This document shows, piece after piece, positions 1 through 10,554 of a DNA stretch of 64,000 nt; position 1 is the stretch's first letter; every line of letters starts with the position of its first letter. A program made the position numbers and the translations under genes. The notes below the pieces were generated by a model. It had not been told where the DNA came from and ran no database searches. It was given only the letters and a program-made list of their open reading frames with translations. The stretch is from Balanoglossus misakiensis (taxonomy: Eukaryota; Animalia; Hemichordata), in the NCBI GenBank assembly GCA_040954595.2, contig CM082597.2:2838265-2902264 (forward strand), written 5' to 3'.

Positions 1-960
1 AACATCTTCAAGAACGAACCTTTGTAAATTAAAAAACACATAAAATTGTTGATGATCAAGGTATAACAAGGTCACCTGTATACCCATATCCCCCTTCCTA
101 CAAATATCAAATGAATTGTCCATTAAATTGTCCTACTAGTATAACAACATGCTGGAAATATAAAGACTAACCTTATGTTTAGAGTACCTGAGAGATACCG
201 AAGATGTTGCAAAGAAAGCAGTTGGCTGATAGAAACTAGACGATAGAGTACACACTCACCCTGGGTGTATGGTTGACTACGTGTGAACTCAAAATAGTGC
301 ATTCACACAAATGAAAATGCCTGGAGGAACGGTCATGTAAGGGTCAAAAACGTGACCAATTACCTGCTGGATACCCCTTTCAGTCTGTGTATATGCTGGG
401 TGGGGACAGAGATTTTACTTTCTCAGCCTTTTGACGCGGCTGATTACCCACAGAAGCACCGACGATGTAAACGTCTGAAGAGTGGGGTGTAACAGTTAGA
501 ACAGCTCACAGCACATTCACAGATAGAGTGACAGTACTCATGCACAGCATTAACACTTACATTGATCTACGTTCAGATATTCCCAAGTGAGAACTCATCA
601 TTTGGAACTGCAAGGTCAACACTTTCTATGTGTTTTCATGCAACATAATCCCAATAGTATAACATTCAGATCAACCATATTAAATTAAGTAGTATGACAC
701 TAAAACACATGGTGGGCAAGTGTGTGTATACTGCCAGGGCTTTGGTTTTTGGTTGTGTGAAGACCATGTCACTTATCAGCTTTTCAGGTAACTGCTGAGT
801 AACCGTACGTGTTGTCAAGAAAGCAACTATTTTTAATGGATGAACACCCAATCTCCTGAATGGGTGAACACCCAATCTCCTGAATGCCAGCATTAAACGC
901 TGGGTGAACTCTTGTCAAGGTCACGTAGAAGTCATGCTACCACACGTGCCTGTAAGACTA
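1..960 (-). other. 5' end (start codon, 5'UTR/promoter) of a tandem ACSF2-like paralog whose CDS runs off the left edge
   Basis: Positions 1-15 (aacatcttcaagaac) are identical to 3052-3066, which surround the ATG of the ACS gene. Segment ~714-940 aligns with ~3318-3530 (gggcaagtgtgt..gctttggtttttg..tgtgaagaccatgt.acttatcag; gtgaactct..cacgtagaagtca). Confidence 0.7.
841..884. repeat. Short tandem duplication (~24-bp unit, tgaacacccaatctcctgaatggg)
   Basis: Two adjacent copies are visible directly. Confidence 0.8.
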
Positions 961-1391
961 AGACATATAACATGACATTGATTGAGATACTGTGTAAAGT
1001 CTACCTTTGCATATTTGAAGTGAACAAAGGATTAAGCAAATGAAAAGTATATTATGTATTATGAAATGACTAATTGATTCTTTTACATGATCTCCTTTGG
1101 GTGCAGTTAAGTGTCAAAACCTTGACCAGATTGGTAATTTTTCTTTGTGTAGTGGTACATACGGTTATCACCTTACGATTATGCAGTATTGTTCACGTGT
1201 CATCGTTATCAGCTGAACCATAATTTTAAACTCGCAAACTATGGCCTTCTCGACATTGTTCTCTAACACACATGTATAGTCTTCACAGTTAGTACAGCTA
1301 CATAACTCAGAAAAAAAACACTACAGTTATAAGGAATGTCCTTTCAAATACGAGGCCTCTTCTTGTTGGCGGACTAATCCATGATGTGATG

Positions 1392-3056
1392 TTACTTGTG
1401 TCCCCTGTCTATCACAATTTTTGTCAGTTCGTGTCGGTTTACTTTATTTGTCAATGTCATTGGAAATTTCTTGAAGAACATCACCTGATCTGGAATATGA
1501 CCAGCGTGTACACGACCATGACAAAATTTCATGATGTCTTCTTCTGTACAAGGCTGACTTTCCCGTTTGATAACGCAGACACACAGACGCTGATTTAGTT
1601 TCTTGTCTGGTATAGGTACCACTTTCACATCTACCACACTTGGGTGTTGAGCAATAACCTGCTCTATCTCCGCTGGGTAAATATTAAAAGCTGCCCGAAT
1701 GATCATGTCATCCATTCGCCCTACAATCTTGCACCATCCATCTTCATTCATTTCAGCAAGATCACCACTCCGAAGCCAGCTGTCTGCAAGTTTTACTTCT
1801 TCGGTTTTCTTCTTGTCGCCTAGGTAGTACAGGAAATGGAACTGCGACCGAACCCAGAGCTCCCCAACTGTATTGCGGGGAACTATTCTCCCCTCCTTAT
1901 CGACCACCTTAATTTCATTCCCAGGCGAAGCATACAAACCATACGGGTACTTGCGCATTAATTCCTTGCTGAATCCAGGTGCACGAGAAAACATAGGATC
2001 ACTCATTTCCGTCGAACCATACATATTTACAACGTCACACTTCAGGACAGAAGACACTGTCTTTGCCAGATCTTCTCCGAGTATGGTTCCACCTATATAG
2101 ATGATCTTCAAACTTGGAAATTTGTAATCATGTACATTGGGATGATTAATTATGTCTGAAAGAACACTAGCAAAGATTATACTGTGTGTTATTTCTTCAT
2201 TTTGGAGCACTTGGAGGATTATTTCTGTTGGCTGTTGAGCTGGTAACATAACAGTAGTTGAGCCAAAGACCATGGGTAAAGCCATGGCTCTTATGGATGT
2301 CGCGTAGGAAACCCATGCAGCATATAATTCTTTAACATTAAAACAATCTTCTCCATAGGACGCCATTACATAATATAACTCAGTGTAATGAGTATGTGCA
2401 ACGCATTTAGGAAAACCGGTGCTGCCAGAGGTAAAGTAAAGGGACAATACATCATCGCTGCAAACTTGACGTTGTCTGGCTTTTACATCTTCCTTCGAGG
2501 ACTGCCCCATGCTTAATAACTGCTGGAAGGCAAATGTGCCTTTCCTTGATTTTCCATCTAACTGCACAATGGTACGCAGTGATGAAAAGCTAGTAACAGG
2601 AATGCTTCCACCATCAAACTGATCAACCTCAGGGATAATGTCTTCAATTCCAGCAGATGGGTGATCGGACTGACCATCGATAAGAATTTTACATTCTGTC
2701 AGATTGAGCAGCCTTTTCATGACTTCTGATGTTAATCCCACTTCGAACCGAGCAACTCTTGCACCAACTTTGGCAGCAGCATAAAATGACAGAATCCATT
2801 CCAGACGTGTTCCGGCCCAGATACCAATACAGTCGCCGATTTCAACTCCGAGATGCAGAAATGCTGAAGCCAACGTATCGACTTGTTGCTTTAATTCACT
2901 GAAGTTGATTCGCGTTCCATCTGCAGGAAAGACGAAAGCTTCTTTGTTTGGAAACAGGTCTGCATTGCGATCTATGCAATCACCATACGTGTCCCCAGTA
3001 AACCTTGTTGTTGCTGGATTGTGGACATAGCTCTGGGTGAAAGTTGTTGACAACAT
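1392..3056 (-). CDS. ACSF2: ACSF2-like medium-chain acyl-CoA synthetase (ANL/AMP-binding family), single coding exon
   Basis: Uninterrupted ~554-aa ORF from ATG at 3056 (the ORF track starts at TTG 3062). It has the AMP-binding P-loop YFTSGSTGFPK, YGSTE, RSGDL, GRMDDMIIRAAFNIYPAEIE and the C-terminal catalytic Lys in FPMTLTNK. The N-terminus SYVH...TYGDCIDRNA..FPNKEAFVF is typical of ACSF2-type enzymes. Strict orthology is not established. Confidence 0.88.
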   Translation of the reverse strand: MLSTTFTQSYVHNPATTRFTGDTYGDCIDRNADLFPNKEAFVFPADGTRINFSELKQQVDTLASAFLHLGVEIGDCIGIWAGTRLEWILSFYAAAKVGARVARFEVGLTSEVMKRLLNLTECKILIDGQSDHPSAGIEDIIPEVDQFDGGSIPVTSFSSLRTIVQLDGKSRKGTFAFQQLLSMGQSSKEDVKARQRQVCSDDVLSLYFTSGSTGFPKCVAHTHYTELYYVMASYGEDCFNVKELYAAWVSYATSIRAMALPMVFGSTTVMLPAQQPTEIILQVLQNEEITHSIIFASVLSDIINHPNVHDYKFPSLKIIYIGGTILGEDLAKTVSSVLKCDVVNMYGSTEMSDPMFSRAPGFSKELMRKYPYGLYASPGNEIKVVDKEGRIVPRNTVGELWVRSQFHFLYYLGDKKKTEEVKLADSWLRSGDLAEMNEDGWCKIVGRMDDMIIRAAFNIYPAEIEQVIAQHPSVVDVKVVPIPDKKLNQRLCVCVIKRESQPCTEEDIMKFCHGRVHAGHIPDQVMFFKKFPMTLTNKVNRHELTKIVIDRGHK

Positions 3057-4031
3057 CTTCAAGAACTAGTCTTTCCAAATAAAGAAATATAAACATGTTA
3101 AATTTCAGTGTCAGAAACTCCCTTGTAAATACATAGCTATTGCATTCGCCCCTCACACAAACGTACCTGTTAAGCCTTTATGCCGAGTTTAATTAGCCAA
3201 GGCATAGAAATACTAGTGTTTAAATACTCAAAAAGATTGCTACTAATAATGACAACCATGGAAGCAAGAAGACCATGTAACTTACTTGGTTTTTAGATAA
3301 CTCCACCGGCACTGTGTCGGGCAAGTGTGTATACAGCCAGCGCTTTGGTTTTTGAATATGTGAAGACCATGTGACTTATCAGATTTTACGGCAAGAGCGG
3401 AGTAACTGTAGGTGTTGTCAAGTAGGCAGCTGGCGTTTTGTAAATGAACAATTGTGTAAACATCCAAACTCCCAAAAGCAAATATTAAACTCCGAGTGAA
3501 CTCTGGGCAAATCACGTAGAAGTCACGAAAATGACATATCACTATGATTTGGCATAATCACTAAAGTGGGGGACAGTACGCATGCTCAGTATTTCACACT
3601 AACATTCATTCTTCTAACATATAATCGCAAGTGTGAACCAAATATACATCAAACGTTGGATAAAAATAAAAAGTTATATGATTAAGTCTTGTCTTGACTT
3701 GACTTGACTTGTCTTGACCTTGCTTGTCTTCTCTTCTCTTGACCTTGGTTGACATGTCTTCTCTTCTCTTGACCTTGCTTGAGATGTCTTCTCTTATCTT
3801 GACTGTGCTTGACATGTCTTCTCTTCTCTTGAGATGTCTTCTCTTCTCTTGACTTTGCTTGAGATGTCTTCTCTTCTCTTGACTTTGCTTGACATGTCTT
3901 CTCGTGTCTTGACCTTGCTTGACATGTCTTCTCTTCTCTTGACTAGACCTTTCTTTATTTTATAACATTTTACACCATCCAAATAAACCCTATCTACCAA
4001 TAATCACATATCATTACAAAAATGTATTACA

Positions 4032-4401
4032 CATGGTGTACAATTTTCATTTGAAGTTCACCACCAAAGCAGAATTGGATAACGATTTTTCTTTGTCCTG
4101 GCATTCCAGGGAGAGGGAGAGATGGGATGCGGAGAAGAATCGCGAGAAAGAAGAGCAAGAACTTAAGGAGAGGCAGAGAGAATTGCGGAAACTACAAGCC
4201 CAGCAGATGTTGGAGGATGAAAAGAAGGAATTGACGCAAAGACTTGAAGAAATGAAAGCCAACAAAGCTACTGAAGATCTTAAGGTAATGTCATGTCTAA
4301 TATTGCATAAGTCACATCATAGGTGACAGATTCAAAGTTGAAAGTTCTAGAATGTTGGATGGCTCTGAGTACATGTAATATACTATCAAGGTGAGGCTGA
4401 C
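4032..4401 (+). pseudogene. Captured fragment of CCDC191 (exon 7 plus flanking intron), copy 1
   Basis: Matches ~15909-16288. The exon portion 4110-4284 corresponds to 15987-16161 and has intact ag|...|gt sites. Confidence 0.92.
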
Positions 4402-5477
4402 ATCTACCAATAATCACATATCATTACAAAAATGTATTACAATTCATTTCAGGTATAAAATATACACTTTCAAGTGACTTTACTCTGCTTGACTTGAATT
4501 TGCTTGATTTGTCTTGTCTCGTCTTGACTTCCCTTGGCTTGTCTTGTCTTGACTTGACTTGACCTTGCTTGACATGTCTTCTCTTCTCTTGACTAGACCT
4601 TTCTTTGCTTTAAAATGTTTTACACTATCCAAATAAACCCTATCTACCAATAATCACATATCATTACAAAAATGCATTACAATTCATTTCAGGTATTAAA
4701 TATACACTTTCAAGTGACTTGACATTGCTTGACTTGAATTTGCTTTATTTGTCTTGTCTTGTCTTGACTTTGCTTGTCTTGTCTTGTGTTGTCTTGACTT
4801 GACCTTGCTTGACTTGTCTTGACTTGACTTTGCTCGTCTTGTCCTGTCTTGTCTTGACCTAGCTTGACTTGACCTTGCTTGTATTGCCTTGTCTTTGCTT
4901 GTCTTGTCTTGACTTTGCTTGACTTGTCTTGACTTGACTTGTCTTGACCTTGTCTTGTCTTTACTTGTCTTGTCTTGACTTTGCTTGTCTTGTCTTGACC
5001 TTGCTTGACTTGACTTTTCTTTGCTTTTAACGTTTTACACTATCAAAATAAACTCTGTTTACCAATAATCACATATCATTACAGAAATGTATTACAATTC
5101 ATTTCATTAAATAAACACTTTCAATTGACTTATCTTGACCTTGCTTGACATGTCTTCTCTTGTCTTGACCTTGCTTGACATGTCTTCTCTTGTCTTGACC
5201 TTGCTTGACATGTCTTCTCTTGTCTTGAGATGTCTTCTCTTATCTTGACTGTGCTTGACATGTCTTCTCTTCTCTTGAGATGTCTTCTCTTCTCTTGACT
5301 TTGCTTGAGATGTCTTCTCTTCTCTTGACTTTGCTTGACATGTCTTCTCGTGTCTTGACCTTGCTTGACATGTCTTCTCTTCTCTTGACTAGACCTTTCT
5401 TTATTTTATAACATTTTACACCATCCAAATAAACCCTATCTACCAATAATCACATATCATTACAAAAATGTATTACA

Positions 5478-5847
5478 CATGGTGTACAATTTTCATTTGA
5501 AGTTCACCACCAAAGCAGAATTGGATAACGATTTTTCTTTGTCCTGGCATTCCAGGGAGAGGGAGAGATGGGATGCGGAGAAGAATCGCGAGAAAGAAGA
5601 GCAAGAACTTAAGGAGAGGCAGAGAGAATTGCGGAAACTACAAGCCCAGCAGATGTTGGAGGATGAAAAGAAGGAATTGACGCAAAGACTTGAAGAAATG
5701 AAAGCCAACAAAGCTACTGAAGATCTTAAGGTAATGTCATGTCTAATATTGCATAAGTCACATCATAGGTGACAGATTCAAAGTTGAAAGTTCTAGAATG
5801 TTGGATGGCTCTGAGTACATGTAATATACTATCAAGGTGAGGCTGAC
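5478..5847 (+). pseudogene. Captured fragment of CCDC191 (exon 7 plus flanking intron), copy 2
   Basis: Identical to 4032-4401; exon portion 5556-5730. Confidence 0.92.
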
Positions 5848-6589
5848 ATCTACCAATAATCACATATCATTACAAAAATGTATTACAATTCATTTCAGGT
5901 ATAAAATATACACTTTCAAGTGACTTTACTCTGCTTGACTTGAATTTGCTTGATTTGTCTTGTCTCGTCTTGACTTCCCTTGGCTTGTCTTGTCTTGACT
6001 TGACTTGACCTTGCTTGACATGTCTTCTCTTCTCTTGACTAGACCTTTCTTTGCTTTAAAATGTTTTACACTATCCAAATAAACCCTATCTACCAATAAT
6101 CACATATCATTACAAAAATGCATTACAATTCATTTCAGGTATTAAATATACACTTTCAAGTGACTTGACATTGCTTGACTTGAATTTGCTTTATTTGTCT
6201 TGTCTTGTCTTGACTTTGCTTGTCTTGTCTTGTGTTGTCTTGACTTGACCTTGCTTGACTTGTCTTGACTTGACTTTGCTCGTCTTGTCCTGTCTTGTCT
6301 TGACCTAGCTTGACTTGACCTTGCTTGTATTGCCTTGTCTTTGCTTGTCTTGTCTTTGCTTGACTTGTCTTGACTTGACTTGTCTTGACCTTGTCTTGTC
6401 TTTACTTGTCTTGTCTTGACTTTGCTTGTCTTGTCTTGACCTTGCTTGACTTGACTTTTCTTTGCTTTTAACGTTTTACACTATCAAAATAAACTCTGTT
6501 TACCAATAATCACATATCATTACAGAAATGTATTACAATTCATTTCATTAAATAAACACTTTCAATTGACTTATCTTGACCTTGCTTGA

Positions 6590-8480
6590 CATGTCTTCTC
6601 TTGTCTTGACCTTGCTTGACATGTCTTCTCTTGTCTTGACCTTGCTTGACATGTCTTCTCTTGTCTTGAGATGTCTTCTCTTCTCTTGACTTTGTTTGAG
6701 ATGTCTTCTCTTCTCTTGAGATGTCTTCTCTTCTCTTGACTTACCTTGACATGTGTTCTCTTCTCTTGAGATGTCTTCTCTTCTCTTGACCTTGCTTGAT
6801 ATGTCTTCTCGTGTCTTGACCTTGCTTGACATGTCTTCTCTTATCTTGGCATGTCTTCTCTTCTCTTGGCATGTCTTCTCTTCTCTTGGCATGTCTTCTC
6901 TTCTCTTGACATGTCTTCTCTTCTCTTGACATGTCTTCTCTTCTCTTGACATGTCTTCTCTTCTCTTGACTTACCTCGAGATGTCTTCTCTTCTCTTGGC
7001 ATGTCTTCTCTTCTCTTGACATGTCTTCTCTTCTCTTGGCATGTCTTCTCTTCTCTTGGCATGTCTTCTCTTCTCTTGGCATGTCTTCTCTTCTCTTGAC
7101 ATGTCTTCTCTTCTCTTGACATGTCTTCTCTTCTCTTGGCATGTCTTCTCTTCTCTTGACATGTCTTCTCTTCTCTTGACATGTCTTCTCTTCTCTTGGC
7201 ATGTCTTCTCTTCTCTTGAGATGTCTTCTCTACTCTTGACTTACCTCGAGATGTCTTCTCTTCTCTTGGCATGTCTTCTCTTCTCTTGACATGTCTTCTC
7301 TTCTCTTGGCATGTCTTCTCTTCTCTTGAGATGTCTTCTCTTCTCTTGACTTACCTCGAGATGTCTTCTCTTCTCTTGGCATGTCTTCTCTTCTCTTGAC
7401 ATGTCTTCTCTTCTCTTGACATGTCTTCTCTTCTCTTGACTTACCTCGAGATGTCTTCTCTTCTCTTGGCATGTCTTCTCTTCTCTTGGCATGTCTTCTC
7501 TTCTCTTGGCATGTCTTCTCTTCTCTTGGCATGTCTTCTCTTCTCTTGACATGTCTTCTCTTCTCTTGACTTACCTCGAGATGTCTTCTCTTCTCTTGGC
7601 ATGTCTTCTCTTCTCTTGGCATGTCTTCTCTTCTCTTGACATGTCTTCTCTTCTCTTGGCATGTCTTCTCTTCTCTTGGCATGTCTTCTCTTCTCTTGAC
7701 ATGTCTTCTCTTCTCTTGGCATGTCTTCTCTTCTCTTGACATGTCTTCTCTTCTCTTGGCATGTCTTCTCTTCTCTTGGCATGTCTTCTCTTCTCTTGAC
7801 ATGTCTTCTCTTCTCTTGACTTACCTCGAGATGTCTTCTCTTCTCTTGGCATGTCTTCTCTTCTCTTGGCATGTCTTCTCTTCTCTTGACATGTCTTCTC
7901 TTCTCTTGGCATGTCTTCTCTTCTCTTGACATGTCTTCTCTTCTCTTGACATGTCTTCTCTTCTCTTGGCATGTCTTCTCTTGGCATGTCTTCTCTTCTC
8001 TTGGCATGTCTTCTCTTCTCTTGGCATGTCTTCTCTTCTCTTGGCATGTCTTCTCTTCTCTTGGCATGTCTTCTCTTCTCTTGACATGTCTTCTCTTCTC
8101 TTGACTTACCTCGAGATGTCTTCTCTTCTCTTGGCATGTCTTCTCTTCTCTTGGCATGTCTTCTCTTTTCTTGACATGTCTTCTCTTCTCTTGACTTACC
8201 TCGAGATGTCTTCTCTTCTCTTGGCATGTCTTCTCTTCTCTTGGCATGTCTTCTCTTCTCTTGACATGTCTTCTCTTCTCTTGACTTACCTCGAGATGTC
8301 TTCTCTTCTCTTGGCATGTCTTCTCTTTTCTTGGCATGTCTTCTCTTTTCTTGATATGTCTTCTCGTGTCTTGACCTTGCTTGACATGTCTTCTCTTATC
8401 TTGAGATGTCTTCTCTTCCCTTGACCTTGCTTGACATGTCTTCTCTTCTCTTGACTGTGCTTGACATGTCTTCTCTTCTC
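6590..8480. repeat. 20-bp minisatellite (atgtcttctcttctcttg[ac/gc/ag]) punctuated by ttacctcgag
   Basis: About 90 units are visible directly. This array produces the spurious repetitive ORFs in the track. Confidence 0.97.
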
Positions 8481-8483
8481 TTG

Positions 8484-9180
8484 ACTAGACCTTTCTTTGT
8501 TTTATAATGTTTTACACTATCCAAATAAACCCTATCTACCAATAATCACATATTACAGAAATGTATTACAATTCATTTCAGGTATTAAATATACACTTTC
8601 AAGTGACTTGACTTTGCTTGACTTGAATTTGCTTTATTTGTCTTGTCTCGTCTTGACTTGACTTGTCTTGTCTTGACTTGACCTTGCTTGACATGTCTTC
8701 TCTTCTCTTGACCTTGCTTGACATGTCTTCTCTTCTCTTGACTGTGCTTGAGATGTCTTCTCTTCGCTTGACTAGACCTTTCTTTGCTTTAAAATGTTTT
8801 ACACTATCCAAATAAACCCTATCTACCAATAATCACATACCATTACAAAACTGTATTACAATTCATTTCAGGTATTAAATATACACTTTCAAGTGACTTG
8901 ACATTGCTTGACTTGAATTTGCTTTATTTGTCTTGTCTCGTCTTGACTTGACTTGTCTTGTCTTGACTTGACCTTGCTTGACATGTCTTCTCTTCTCTTG
9001 ACCTTGCTTGACATGTCTTCTCTTCTCTTGACTGTGCTTGAGATGTCTTCTCTTCGCTTGACTAGACCTTTCTTTGCTTTAAAATGTTTTACACTATCCA
9101 AATAAACCCTATCTACCAATAATCACATACCATTACAAAACTGTATTACAATTCATTTCAGGTATTAAATATACACTTTC
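8484..9180. repeat. 290-bp tandem duplication of spacer plus array
   Basis: Near-identical ORFs at 8599 and 8889 (offset 290). Confidence 0.85.
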
Positions 9181-10554
9181 AAGTGACTTGAATTTGCTTT
9201 ATTTGTCTTTTCTTGTCTTGTCTTGACTTTGCTTGTCTTGTCTTCTGTTGTCTTGACTTGACCTTGCTTGACTTGTCTTGACTTGACTTTGCTTGTCTTT
9301 TCTTGTCTTGTCCTGTCTTGTCTTGACTTGACTTTGCTTGTCTTGTCTTGACCTTGCTTGACTTGTCTTGTCTTTGCTTTTCTTGTCTTGACCTTGCTTG
9401 ACTTGTCTTGACTTTGCTTGTCTAGTCTTGACCATGCTTGACTTGACCTTGCTTGACTTGTCTTGTCTTTGCTTGTCTTGACCTTGCTTGACTTGTCTTG
9501 TCTTGTCTTGACTTGACTTCGCTTGTCTTGTCTTGACCTTGCTTGACTTGTCTTGTCTTGACTTGTCTTGTATTGTCTTGTCTTTACTTGACTTTGCTTG
9601 ACTTGTTTTGGTTTTGTATTCCCCCGATTTTTAAGAATCACATTGGCAATACTGACTACAAATCAGTTAAACCTTTCTCAGATAAAACCTTCCTGACTGA
9701 TATTTTTATATTATTACTGAAAGATACTGGGATATTGCTGAATGATATACTTTTAAAAATACCTATGTACATTTGAGAGGACTTACCTTGACTTGAGTTG
9801 ATTCATAATTTGCATTGGGTAGACTTACTTGAATATATTTAACCTGGCCTGAGTTTACTTGATTTGGCTTGAGTAGCAATGAATGACTTGAACTGAGTTG
9901 ACTTGAGTTCACATGAAACTTAACTTGGTGGCCTGGACATAATTAGCAGGAGGTGAGGGCTGCTATGATTTGTTGAAAGTTCACCATTTTAGGCAGGTGT
10001 TTATCTATGCATGAACACAATGAAAATATATAGTAATTGATGAAAAAAAATGTTTCATCTGTCATATAGATTTTAAACATTTCACAGTCTTCAGCAATTG
10101 CAATGTACAAATCTCTATGTGTCTGATTTATTTCTACTCATATGGAATTAAAAATACACCCCAAAATATGAGCAGTGGTTATTGGCTTTCTTAAACTATG
10201 CAAAAGCTGCCTACATGCAAATAAATACATTTATGAGACTATGTACTTACCATCGAGGTGATTTCTGCCAAAGCACCCATGAAGCATCTGACTGTGAGAT
10301 GAGGCCCCGCTCAATATTCAATGATGCTTCCCCAACAGTTTTTTTCAGAAGCAAAGGGCACAGGAGTGTCTGTAAATGTAGAGAAGTAACACGTAAATAA
10401 CGAGCATTAACAAGCGAAAAAAAAAAACGGGAAGTAACAAGAACATAACGAGCGAAAAAATGATTTGTCCACAAATTAAACCACATCCACAGTTCCCGCC
10501 AATCATGGAAACACTAGACATTTAATCTCGTGCAACTTACATACTGCAATTTGC

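Larger units (their letters stand above)
3780..6680. repeat. Near-perfect tandem duplication, period ~1441-1446 bp
   Basis: Identical ORFs lie at 3794/5240 and 4033/5479 (offset 1446). A 5-bp indel near 4910/6355 shifts the later offset to 1441. Confidence 0.93.
3685..9610. repeat. Composite CT-rich satellite: 5-bp-based (cttgt/cttga/cttct) and 20-bp arrays interleaved with a recurrent ~120-bp AT-rich spacer
   Basis: The spacer actagacctttcttt...ccaaataaaccctatctaccaataatcacatatcattacaaaaatgtattacaattcatttcaggtattaaatatacactttcaagtg recurs near 3942, 4592, 5020, 5388, 6038, 6460, 8484, 8771 and 9061. Variable-length pyrimidine-rich arrays separate the copies. Confidence 0.95.

Noticed and set aside
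1392-3056. Firefly-type luciferase or NRPS adenylation domain
   Set aside because: The motifs and N-terminus fit ACSF2-type acyl-CoA ligases. There is no carrier or condensation domain and no peroxisomal SKL.
4032-4401. Retrotransposed (processed) pseudogene origin
   Set aside because: The insert retains intron sequence on both sides and has no poly(A) tail.
4033-5772. 97-aa ORFs at 4033 and 5479 as independent genes
   Set aside because: Their ATG and stop lie in copied CCDC191 intron sequence; they are exon fragments.
6548-8424. Many long overlapping ORFs (REEKTCQEKRRH / MSSLLLACLLFSWHVF repeats)
   Set aside because: They are by-products of a stop-poor 20-bp satellite that is open in several frames on both strands, with no splice or domain support.
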